A stretch of 24,000 nucleotides of DNA, from assembly GCF_004114995.1 (NCBI RefSeq), contig NZ_SDJP01000003.1, positions 1 through 24,000 on the forward strand, read 5' to 3'. Positions 7,675-15,982 of the stretch are shown one piece after another. Position 1 is the stretch's first letter. Each line of letters begins with the position of its first letter. Below the pieces are notes generated by a model. That model ran no database searches, was not told the origin of the DNA, and was given only the letters and a program-made list of their open reading frames with translations. Origin of the DNA: Halorubrum amylolyticum (GTDB taxonomy: Archaea > Halobacteriota > Halobacteria > Halobacteriales > Haloferacaceae). The position numbers and the translations under genes were made by a program.

Positions 7675-8940
7675 TCATCGTCGTCGAAGTTCCTTGCTTA
7701 GTGCTTTAGCGTCCCATTCCAACGGCACGTCGTTCGATTCAGCCCAGCGTTGGACGACGCGCTGGAACTGTTGGCGGTCCTGATGGTCTAACACAGCGTC
7801 GCTATCGGCCTGTTGCAGGATTTCAGGATAGCCACGTCCGATGCCTGCTTCTGCCCACACAATGTCGACGGTGTACTCGTACATCGAATCGTACCCGTCG
7901 GGACCGTTACTGCGGCACAGCCACCCGGGGAATTCGATTCGGTCGAGTCCAGCGCCTGGTGGCACGTTCAAGTACGAGAACAAGATGTCATCGCGGAATT
8001 CGTATGCTTCCCCGTTATACGTTGTCTGCAACGCGTCGATACTCCCGTCGCGTTTCGAGATGAATGGGATTGTCGTGTCTCCCCACGGGCTCATCAACTC
8101 CGTCAGGACGTGCGCATCCGGAATGACGCGATCTGTCCCGAACTCCTCGCGTAACAGGAGCCGCGTCATCTTCACGAGTTCAGTCGCGCTCGACCCGGCA
8201 ACGTATCCCACCAGCGGGATGTCGTGGTGCTGACTCGCTGCAATAACTCGACTCAGCGTGGAGATGTACCGCTCTCGGGTCTCCGGCTTCAACGGGTTCG
8301 CAAACGACGCAATCAACGGCCCGTCATAGAACACGACCGGCGTCTGATCGATATCACCTGCATCACGCGCGTCAGCTAACTCCGAAAGTTGGTCGATGAG
8401 TAGCTGTCCTTCGTGTTCGAACCGATGATGGCCAACGAGTTGGGAATCAACGAACCGGTAGTCACCGTCCTCTGATTCTTGTGTGACCTCGTCAGGCGTC
8501 AAGAGTCGCCCTTCGACGCCGCGATCAAGCCGACCCTCCGCGTGATGGTGGTTGACTGCCCATGCCGCTTGGACGTACGCGAGCGGGACGTTGAATTGCG
8601 TTGTCGGCGGGAGCTGTGACCCATCGACAGCCATCACCGGCACGTCACGAATGATATCGCGCGCCCACTCGTTGACCTCCTCGTGATTCTCCCACCCGTC
8701 ACTCTCCGGGTACGGAACGATGAGACTATCTACCTCATCGAACTCGTCTGTCGGATACGCTCCTGGGTATGACGCGTCCTGGAGCGAGGCTCGAATCTCA
8801 GCACTCGTCCACTCGTCGGGCAACCGCTGAAACGCGTCTTGATACCGTTCTACGATCCCCGTATCGTCTTCGAGATACGTCTTAATCGTGTCAACGTTCG
8901 CCTCCAATTCAGACGCGACACCGCGTTTATCGATCGGCAT
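7675..8940 (-). CDS. nurA: NurA-domain nuclease
   Basis: NurA-like motifs are VMAVDGSQL (catalytic Asp), VFYDGPLIASF and VGYVAGSSATELV. The start ATG overlaps the rad50 stop by 1 nt (TAATG at 8938-8942). Confidence 0.75.
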   Translation of the reverse strand: MPIDKRGVASELEANVDTIKTYLEDDTGIVERYQDAFQRLPDEWTSAEIRASLQDASYPGAYPTDEFDEVDSLIVPYPESDGWENHEEVNEWARDIIRDVPVMAVDGSQLPPTTQFNVPLAYVQAAWAVNHHHAEGRLDRGVEGRLLTPDEVTQESEDGDYRFVDSQLVGHHRFEHEGQLLIDQLSELADARDAGDIDQTPVVFYDGPLIASFANPLKPETRERYISTLSRVIAASQHHDIPLVGYVAGSSATELVKMTRLLLREEFGTDRVIPDAHVLTELMSPWGDTTIPFISKRDGSIDALQTTYNGEAYEFRDDILFSYLNVPPGAGLDRIEFPGWLCRSNGPDGYDSMYEYTVDIVWAEAGIGRGYPEILQQADSDAVLDHQDRQQFQRVVQRWAESNDVPLEWDAKALSKELRRR

Positions 8941-11651
8941 TAATTGACCGACACCTCCGATGTCTGCCGGTCTTTCTCGATGGTAATCGTGTAGTCAGTC
9001 ATCGAATCGAACGTCTGGTCGTGACTAATGACCGTGAGTTGCTCGAAACTATCCAGCTGTTTGAGCTGGGTGACGAGATTCCGTTTCTTTTGCCGGTCGA
9101 GGTTCGCTGTCGGTTCGTCCAAGAATGCGATCCCCACGGACGCTAACTGTTCGAGAATCGCCAGTCGCACCGCAAGTGCAGCTGCCATCTTCTCCCCACC
9201 GCTCAGCGTGGAAAACGACTTTCTGACATCCGCATCGTGCACGACGATTTCGTAGTCGCTCGTCCACTCCAGCGTCTCAGCCGATGCGCCGCGAATCGAC
9301 CGGAACAACTCATTCGCCCGGGATCCAATCCGGTCGGTGATGATCTCTCGCATTTTCGGCCCGGCCTCGCGGACGTTCTCCCGCACCCAGTCGGCGAACT
9401 GCTGGTCCGCTTTCAGTTCCTTCACCTGCTGGAGTTTCTCCTGGCGCTCCTCTAGCTTCGTCTCCAACACCTCGATCGTTTCACGAACCTCCTCCAAATT
9501 CTCCTTCTTATGCTCTAATGACCGCCGATCACCTGCCAATTCCTCCTTGAGGTCCTCAATGTCTGACTCCAGCGTCTCGAATCGCTCGTCATCGAACGAC
9601 GCTTTCGTCTCCTCCAGTTCTGCCTTCGTCTCTTCAAGATCCGCTTCGAGGTCTGCAAGCTCGCTCTCCAAGTCTTTGACTCTCTCCCGCCGCTCCTCCA
9701 CCTGCGACGCTTGCTGCTCGTACTTGATATACGTCTGATGTGCCGACTCCGTCTCCTCCAGCGTTTCCTTGACCTCCGTCAACTCTTCATCCAGGCCCTC
9801 GAACGCTTCCAACTCGTCTTCGATATCCGCCAGCGCCGACTGTTCCTCCTCTAGTTCCGCCCGTTTTGCCTTCAACTCATCAGGGACATCAGCATGCTCC
9901 TTCACTCGGAATTCAGCAGTCTGGTACTCGTCGTACGCCTCCTCCAAGTCGTTTCGCTCGGCTTCGATATCCGGGAGCCCCTCCAATTCGTCTTCCAAGT
10001 CCGCTAACTCTGACTCCATCTCTTCCTTCTCGGCGCGCAGATCTTCGATCTCACCTTCCAACGACTCGATTTTCTCCCGATGAACAGGGAGCTTATCAAC
10101 GCGCTGCTTGACCTCTCGCGCCGTGTTACGCCGCTCACGCAACGCATCAAGTTTCTCGGCGAGTTCCTCACGCTCCGTCTCGATTTCCCCGATCCGGGCT
10201 TCACGCTGCTCAATCGTCTTCGACCGGTGATCCTCGTTTAACGGACGGTCACACGTCGGGCACGGCGCATCAACATCCGTGTCACGTAACCTGTCCAACT
10301 GTTCTTCGAGCCGCTCATGCTCGCTCTCCAGTTGCTTCCGGCTCGCCTCTCGGTCGTTGATCTCACCGGAGAGTGCTTCCGGATCCGTCGTCCCCTCCCA
10401 CTCGTCTTCTATCTCCGCAATCGTCTCTTCTTTCGCCTCGATTTCGCGCTCCTTCGATTCGATCTGCTCTGCCAACTGCTCGATTTCCTCTTCTAACGCC
10501 TCTACGTCGTCCTCGCGGTCTTTCAGCGACTCAATACGGTCATCAAGCTCCTCATACCGTTCTTTCTCCTCTTCACGCGCCTCCAACGTGTCCCGAGCCG
10601 CCTCCAGTTCTTCCAGATCCTCTTCCAGCTGTTCGACCTCGAATTCGATCGCCTGGATCGTGTCTTTCTGTTCGTCTCGGTCCGCGACGAGCGCGTCCCG
10701 TTCGGCCTCCTGTTCCTCTAACTCATCCTGCCGCTCGCGTGCCTCCTCGTACTGACGGTACCCCTCGCGGTTCGCCTCGCACTTCTCCTGTGCCTCTTCG
10801 GCGGCTGTGAGTTCCTCCTTCGCCGTCCCCAAATTGTCTTTAGTCGAGTCGATGTCCCCTTCCAGCGAATCAACCTCCTGATCAAGACGGTCGATTTCCT
10901 CTTCAACAGCTTCCAACTCTTCGTACTCTTCTTCTTTCTCCGACAACTCGCCGGCTTTCCGTTCGATCCCGGCTTCAATTTCCTCAACGTCATCGGCCAA
11001 CGACTCCGCTTCCGCTCGCTCGTCCGGCAACCCCTGCACCTCGCCGGTGAGCGTATCAATGTCCCTACGGAGATCCTGCTGCCGACTCTCGATTGCGTCC
11101 GGCACGTCCTTGAGCGTCTCCCACGACCCCTCGTACGCGTCCAGATTCAGGAGCGCATCGAACGTTGCCTTGCGATTTCGAGGCGTTTGCGAGAAGTCCG
11201 ATAGGAATCGCGTTTGGGGTACCCCGATGCTGGAACTCCAGAGACTGCTAAGCTCGTCTCCATCTTCAACATCGAAGCGCGCACACAACCAGTCCACCAA
11301 CTGCGTCTTGGAATCGATGTCCTGATCGATCCACTCGTCAGCATCGGGATCATACCGGTGCACGCCGTACTTCGACCGGCCGACCGATCGAACAACTTTG
11401 TACCGGTCCGTCCCGTTCTGTGTGTCCTGCTCGAACGTGACTTCGACCGTTCCGGAACTCGCGCCTTCCCGCACGAACTCCTTGTTGTTGAAGGGGAGCG
11501 AGTCGAACAACGCGAATCCGATGGCCTCCTGAACCGTCGATTTCCCCGCGCCGTTCTCACCGAGAATCGCCGTCACGCCGCCTTCGATCGGCACGACAGT
11601 CCGATCCTCATACGACTTGATGTCTTCCAACGCAACCTCCGTGATTCTCAT
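8940..11651 (-). CDS. rad50: Rad50/SbcC-type SMC-like ATPase with zinc hook
   Basis: It has Walker A GENGAGKST, a very long E/L/R/D-rich coiled coil with a central CxxC hook (DAPCPTCDRPL), the signature LSGGEK, Walker B IAFLDEPT, and an H-loop VISHD. The start overlaps the mre11 stop (ATGA at 11648-11651). Confidence 0.9.
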   Translation of the reverse strand: MRITEVALEDIKSYEDRTVVPIEGGVTAILGENGAGKSTVQEAIGFALFDSLPFNNKEFVREGASSGTVEVTFEQDTQNGTDRYKVVRSVGRSKYGVHRYDPDADEWIDQDIDSKTQLVDWLCARFDVEDGDELSSLWSSSIGVPQTRFLSDFSQTPRNRKATFDALLNLDAYEGSWETLKDVPDAIESRQQDLRRDIDTLTGEVQGLPDERAEAESLADDVEEIEAGIERKAGELSEKEEEYEELEAVEEEIDRLDQEVDSLEGDIDSTKDNLGTAKEELTAAEEAQEKCEANREGYRQYEEARERQDELEEQEAERDALVADRDEQKDTIQAIEFEVEQLEEDLEELEAARDTLEAREEEKERYEELDDRIESLKDREDDVEALEEEIEQLAEQIESKEREIEAKEETIAEIEDEWEGTTDPEALSGEINDREASRKQLESEHERLEEQLDRLRDTDVDAPCPTCDRPLNEDHRSKTIEQREARIGEIETEREELAEKLDALRERRNTAREVKQRVDKLPVHREKIESLEGEIEDLRAEKEEMESELADLEDELEGLPDIEAERNDLEEAYDEYQTAEFRVKEHADVPDELKAKRAELEEEQSALADIEDELEAFEGLDEELTEVKETLEETESAHQTYIKYEQQASQVEERRERVKDLESELADLEADLEETKAELEETKASFDDERFETLESDIEDLKEELAGDRRSLEHKKENLEEVRETIEVLETKLEERQEKLQQVKELKADQQFADWVRENVREAGPKMREIITDRIGSRANELFRSIRGASAETLEWTSDYEIVVHDADVRKSFSTLSGGEKMAAALAVRLAILEQLASVGIAFLDEPTANLDRQKKRNLVTQLKQLDSFEQLTVISHDQTFDSMTDYTITIEKDRQTSEVSVN

Positions 11652-13165
11652 TGCTCCACCACCTCCCCTGCCTCCGTCTCTCCGTCTGCTTCGTCGCCGT
11701 CTGTCGTGTCACCAGACGCTTCCTCGCCTGTGTCAGCATCGGCGAACGGATCTTCTTCAATGTCCAGCACGACGTCGTCTGTCAGTTCTGGGAACAACTC
11801 CTGGCGCGCCGAACTCACGGAGTCACGAATATCCTCAACAGCTTCGCCAGCTTGGGCCATCTGATGAGCGTTCCCTAACACGTCAGCGACATCGGCTGCG
11901 TGGTCATCGTAGATCGATTCCTTCGCAATCGTCTCGAAAACGCGGTGTTCTAACGCAGCCGTGTTCAGCTGCCCATCTTTGAACACTTCGTCCTCGTCGA
12001 TTTCCGAGAGAAGTTGCTGCACGTTCGCCGTCCGAATCCCTGTATTTACTTGGACGTACAATGCGTCGCACGTGTCTTCTACCCACGCCGCAAGTTCATC
12101 CGTTCGGAAATCCCCACGGCTAAACTGCAACGTGCCCGTGAACCGAAGATCGATAATCGGTTCTCGCGGCTCGCCTTGTGCCGTGAACTCGTCCTGACTG
12201 CAGTATTCTGTCATCGCAGCCTGCTCATCCTGAACGTGCTCTTGAAACGCGGTTTCGAGGTCGCCAGGTGACTCATGCGCCGTCACGTCGAATTCAATCC
12301 GGTAGTACGGCCGTCGCTTCGTCGGATGATGCTCCACGTCGAACCCAATCGCGTCACCACCAGCCCCGGAGCCTCCGACGTCGAGCATGACCGAGTAATA
12401 GCCGTGCTCCCACTCAGGCCTCCCTTCCCGCGTATTATGCGCTTCCGGCGACCCGGGATTGTAGATCCACCCACCCGACTCGTACCGCTTGTGAATGTGC
12501 CCGAGCGCCAGGTAATCCACGACGTCTTTCACGTCTCGCAGCTCGCCATGGGTTACTGTCCCGCCGAGCGTCGGCACCTCGTCTTCCATCCCGAAATGCG
12601 CCAGCAACACAGTCCACGCCGGCTCACCATGCATCTCATTCGTCTCCTGAATCCCCTTCGCCACCTGCTGGAGCGCCTGGTCTGTCTTCGCGCCGCGCCA
12701 CTGCAGGCCGAACACGCGAATCGGCCCGTCTACGTCCGCGGCATCAATATCATAAAACCCTGCAGACTGCCCCGGTTCGTCCGGATCGTACGGGTTGAGC
12801 CACGCTGTCTCCGGGTCCGCGTTCAGATCAGCCTGCAAGAACACGATGTGTCCGCGCTGATGAAGGTAATTCAGCCACGTCACGTCACGCGGCGTCAGAT
12901 TCTCGTCGTGGTTACCGCGCGAGACTAACACCGGTACCTCATCGGGGATCTGTTCGAGTTCCTGTTCGATCTGATGCAGGATCTTCGGGCGCAAATCCCG
13001 TGAGTGGAACAGGTCACCCGGTGACAGAATCGCATCCGTTTCGCGCTCCTCAATCATCTCTTGGAACGCAGCACGCGTGGTCGATACCATATCGTCCTCG
13101 CGTTGTTTCAACCCGTATTGTCGATGGCCAAGATGCGTATCAGCGATGTGTGTAAGTGTCAGCAT
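11648..13165 (-). CDS. mre11: Mre11/SbcD-type metallophosphoesterase nuclease
   Basis: Phosphoesterase motifs occur in order: IADTHLGH, GDLFH, GNHD, LLAHFG, GHIH. It has an acidic C-terminal tail and is the first gene of the coupled operon. Confidence 0.9.
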   Translation of the reverse strand: MLTLTHIADTHLGHRQYGLKQREDDMVSTTRAAFQEMIEERETDAILSPGDLFHSRDLRPKILHQIEQELEQIPDEVPVLVSRGNHDENLTPRDVTWLNYLHQRGHIVFLQADLNADPETAWLNPYDPDEPGQSAGFYDIDAADVDGPIRVFGLQWRGAKTDQALQQVAKGIQETNEMHGEPAWTVLLAHFGMEDEVPTLGGTVTHGELRDVKDVVDYLALGHIHKRYESGGWIYNPGSPEAHNTREGRPEWEHGYYSVMLDVGGSGAGGDAIGFDVEHHPTKRRPYYRIEFDVTAHESPGDLETAFQEHVQDEQAAMTEYCSQDEFTAQGEPREPIIDLRFTGTLQFSRGDFRTDELAAWVEDTCDALYVQVNTGIRTANVQQLLSEIDEDEVFKDGQLNTAALEHRVFETIAKESIYDDHAADVADVLGNAHQMAQAGEAVEDIRDSVSSARQELFPELTDDVVLDIEEDPFADADTGEEASGDTTDGDEADGETEAGEVVEQ

Positions 13166-13397
13166 GATCAGTGTGTCGTGGAGGGTACTTGTTCAGCCGA
13201 GCGTGCTACCAAATCACGGGCCTGAAAGTATGTGACTACGTGTAACCTGACGGCTATTAAATGCCAGTCAACCAGGGTGAAAGTGAATCAGAGACGACAG
13301 ACAACATAGATGGCCATACGATTGTACAGCAATCGAAAATATCGGAGCCTCTAAGCTCTCTACTTACACTTTGGGTGGCGAATCTTCATACGGATCG

Positions 13398-13412
13398 TTG
13401 CTGTAACAGCAA
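13398..13412. promoter_or_regulatory. Perfect 7-bp-arm palindrome ttgctgt-a-acagcaa, 10 nt upstream of the WYL-like gene start
   Basis: Read directly from the sequence. It lies in the 256-bp divergent intergenic region between mre11 (start 13165) and the WYL-like gene (start 13422). It could be an operator or a leader hairpin; function unknown. Confidence 0.3.
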
Positions 13413-13421
13413 AATAGACGC

Positions 13422-13712
13422 ATGACCTCCAAAATCTGCCAAGCAATTCAGGAAAACCGCGTAATCGAATTCCGCTACGACGGGCATTACCGAAAAGTCG
13501 AACCGTACTGTCACGGCACCAGTGAACGCGGCAAAGAATCAGTACGAGGGTATCAGGTCGCAGGAGGGAGCAACTCACGGAGCATCCCGTTCTGGCGACT
13601 CTTCACCGTCGCAAAGATCGGAGACCTAAGCCTCACCGACGAGACGTTCCAAGGAAACCGACCAGCGTACAACCCGAACGACAAGGATCTACGCGTCCAC
13701 TGTAACATCTAA
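13422..13712 (+). CDS. Minimal stand-alone WYL-like domain protein (96 aa, no HTH)
   Basis: RVIEFRYDGHYRKVEPYCHGTSERGKESVRGYQVAGGS…IPFWRLFTVAKIGDLSLTDETF follows the WYL-domain pattern (hxhxYxxxxxxRxhxPYxxxxxxGxxxhxxYxxxxxxxWRxFxhxxIxxxxxxxexF). Confidence 0.6.
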   Translation: MTSKICQAIQENRVIEFRYDGHYRKVEPYCHGTSERGKESVRGYQVAGGSNSRSIPFWRLFTVAKIGDLSLTDETFQGNRPAYNPNDKDLRVHCNI

Positions 13713-13787
13713 CTCGGAGTTCTCAACGACCGATTTCCGCTTAGCGCATCCAGATTTATACTTGGCACGAGTATAATCTCAAACACG

Positions 13788-14378
13788 ATGGCACCGTCCT
13801 ACGTGAGCCGGGGTTCAGATGTCGATGAAGAACTCGCGGAGCGGCTGATTCAGCGTGTACAAGAGGATCCCGCAAAACCGTGGACTATCGTTTCGGATGT
13901 GGCTGACGCTACTGACGAGAACCCAGAGACCGGTACAGCATCGAAGACGGAACGTGGAGCGCAATTATGCGTCGCGTCACCGACGCCGCCTACCGTGATG
14001 TCTTCGACCACGGCACCACCCCCTCCCCAACGTGTCAAACGCCGTGTTCCGCGAAGGCCAAGTCACCGTCATCCCAACCAGTCACCTCCACGGCGCAAAA
14101 GAAGAACTCACCGTCCTCTCCTACATCATCGACAACAAAATCGACGACTACAACGTCGATCCCAACGTCAAAGACACTCCACTCCTCGTCGCCGTTGACG
14201 AAGCCCACAACTACGTCTCCGACCTTGCCGACGAGGCCCTGTTGGCGGCCACAGCGCCGGTGACGAAGCCCACAACTACGTCTCCGACCCAACACTCTCC
14301 GGGAACAATACATCGTCAACTGCGCTCGTGACGCCGTCAAACAAGGCCGCAAAGACAAACTCGGCCTTTTCATGATCA
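13788..14378 (+). pseudogene. Decayed HerA/DUF87-like ATPase gene: multiple frameshifts, no Walker A region, 3' end cut by the IS
   Basis: Pieces lie in three frames: MAPSYVSRGSDVDEELAERLIQRVQEDPAKPW…; …REGQVTVIPTSHLHGAKEELTVLSYIIDNKI…PLLVAVDEAHNYVSD (Walker B-like, cf. FALFEEGHRF); and NTLREQYIVNCARDAVKQGRKDKLGLFMI (cf. GRKFGFGLGIISQRP). The last piece runs straight into the IS end at 14379. Confidence 0.6.
14190..14289. repeat. 35-bp direct repeat (1 mismatch) separated by a 30-bp spacer, inside the pseudogene
   Basis: 14190-14224 (cgccgttgacgaagcccacaactacgtctccgacc) matches 14255-14289 (cgccggtgacgaagcccacaactacgtctccgacc). The 65-bp offset shifts the reading frame. Confidence 0.9.
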
Positions 14379-15447
14379 GAGCGTGTCATAGAAAGCGTCA
14401 CGTACGAAGCTGCAGGGTGCGGGAAGTGTGTCCAACACCAGCGCAACCCTGCAAGACGTAGCTTCGGTAGACGACTTCTTGAATGTCGCGGCTACCGAGA
14501 CAGTGCCGCTGTTCGAGCATCTTGAGTTCGAGTTTCTCCTGGAGTACGACGTGTTCGCCCCCTCGAAGCGGGGGCGAACACGAGTTCATCAGCCACCAGA
14601 TCTCTTTCGCGGCTTTCTGCACTGCTACTACGAGGATGTCCACGGTACACGCCCGGTTGCACGAGAACTTCAGCACGGCCTCGCCTGGTACTATTGCGGA
14701 CTCGACAAACCGCCGTCCAGAGACACGATTGACCGCTTTATCACCGACATCGAACACGTCATCGACGATGTCTTCGACAGGCTCGTCGAGCAGGCCGCCT
14801 ATCGGGGCCTGCTCGACTCGACGTACTCTATCGATTCGACACACGTTGAGGCGATTCAGTACAACGACGCGGCGTCATGGAACTACGATCCAACAGCCGA
14901 AGAGTACTACTACGGCTTCGGCTGTATGATTGTCTCGACCGGTGCAAAGATCCCGATTGCAGCGGAGTTCACACAGGCCAAGCAAGCAGACCAGGAGACG
15001 GCGATGCGCGTCACGCGTGACGCGCTCGCCGTCGATACACCAATCTGGATGGTCGGAGACAGCGCCTATGACATCCTCGACTGGCACGACTACCTGCTGG
15101 CCGCAGGGGTCGTGCCAGTCTCCCCGTACAACCCACGAAACACTGACGACCCGAAAGACATCGAGTACAGGGTCGAAGACCGTATCAAGGAACACAGCGA
15201 GGACGTTCAGCTCAAGCAATCCATCTTGGACGAGACGTACAACCGACGGACAGGCGTTGAACGAACCAACGACGCAGTCAAGGACTGCGGCCTCGGGCAC
15301 GTCCGCGCCCGAGGCCGCGTTCATGCACGAACAGAAGCGTTCCTTGCGCTTTGTCTCCGGCTCGTCGTTGCAATCACCAACTTTGAGCAGGGAGACAATC
15401 CTGGCCGTGAGAAACTCACGCTATGAGACTGATTCTATGACACGCTC
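14379..15447 (+). mobile_element. Complete ISH-type insertion sequence (1069 bp) with 15-bp perfect terminal inverted repeats
   Basis: IRL gagcgtgtcatagaa (14379-14393) is the reverse complement of IRR ttctatgacacgctc (15433-15447). It carries a single transposase ORF. The flanks atgatca / gtcgtaa are not a direct duplication. Size and IR length recall ISH11-type elements (recollection; needs an ISfinder check). Confidence 0.85.
14428..15426 (+). CDS. DDE transposase (IS4/IS5 superfamily), GTG start
   Basis: The DDE-type landmarks are YSIDSTHVEA, IWMVGDSAYD, and YNRRTGVERTNDAVK (the Y-x2-R-x3-E-x6-K signature). Confidence 0.85.
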   Translation: MSNTSATLQDVASVDDFLNVAATETVPLFEHLEFEFLLEYDVFAPSKRGRTRVHQPPDLFRGFLHCYYEDVHGTRPVARELQHGLAWYYCGLDKPPSRDTIDRFITDIEHVIDDVFDRLVEQAAYRGLLDSTYSIDSTHVEAIQYNDAASWNYDPTAEEYYYGFGCMIVSTGAKIPIAAEFTQAKQADQETAMRVTRDALAVDTPIWMVGDSAYDILDWHDYLLAAGVVPVSPYNPRNTDDPKDIEYRVEDRIKEHSEDVQLKQSILDETYNRRTGVERTNDAVKDCGLGHVRARGRVHARTEAFLALCLRLVVAITNFEQGDNPGREKLTL

Positions 15448-15753
15448 GTCGTAATGGTGTCAAACCAGCACCCGACCACGATTGAATTAGATCCTCGGAG
15501 CCGCTCCCGGTTGAATTGCCAAACGCTTGAGTTCAACTCCTACAACGCTGCTCAGCTCGAACAGATACTGGAGAAGCGGGTTGAACAGGCATTTCGTCCC
15601 GGATCTGTCCCAGACAGTGTCATCACAAAGATCGCGGAACAGGTAGCCGAAAACTCGGGTGACTGTAGACAGGCCCTTTCACTACTGCTTCAAGCCGCAC
15701 GAAAAGCGGAGCAGAAGGGGCTTACAGAAGTGTCAGAAGAATTTCTAACGTGA
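15448..15753 (+). pseudogene. Orc1/Cdc6 fragment (middle/lid portion only): 5' end removed at the IS junction, winged-helix C-terminus missing
   Basis: VVMVSNQHPTTIELDPRSRSRLNCQTLEFNSYNAAQLEQILEKRVEQAFRPGSVPDSVITKIAEQVAENSGDCRQALSLLLQAARKAEQKGLTEV matches the Orc1/Cdc6 pattern (IsN…LdxRxxSrL…FxpYxxxQLxxILxxRxxxAF…GDxRxALxLLxxA). The frame abuts the IS end at 15447. Confidence 0.7.
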
Positions 15754-15982
15754 CAGGATAATTCTCATGAGTATGGTTCCGGACTAGTATTAGAGTTCAG
15801 GCCGATAGACTGCTTGCCCGGTGTTTGAAGTGGGCGCGTGATAATACTAAGTCGACGAAGAGACCCGCCAGCAACCGGATATACAGCTAATACCAGGACG
15901 GCGATACGGCTTGAAAAATCAGTTGAAAACGTGTTGTCTGAAGACGGTCAAATCACCGTTTTTAGGCCACGAAACGTATCAA

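Noticed and set aside
9028-12928. Plus-strand ORFs inside rad50 and mre11 (e.g. 9337-9738, 10279-10755, 10373-10810, 11214-11864, 12275-12928)
   Set aside because: They are Ser- or Arg-rich antisense translations of the GAG/GAA-rich coiled-coil and phosphoesterase genes. They have no motifs, and the minus-strand genes explain the region fully.
14190-14289. CRISPR-like geometry (35-bp repeats, 30-bp spacer)
   Set aside because: Only two copies exist. The repeat is ordinary coding sequence of the ATPase pseudogene (VDEAHNYVSD) and has no palindromic repeat structure, leader or cas genes. A partial duplication is the simpler explanation.
1-15447. Composite transposon bounded by the two IS copies
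   Set aside because: The visible parts are only 82/94 identical. No shared target duplications can be shown, and the left copy's outer end is outside the window. The arrangement is compatible with independent insertions, so the composite-transposon idea is unsupported.
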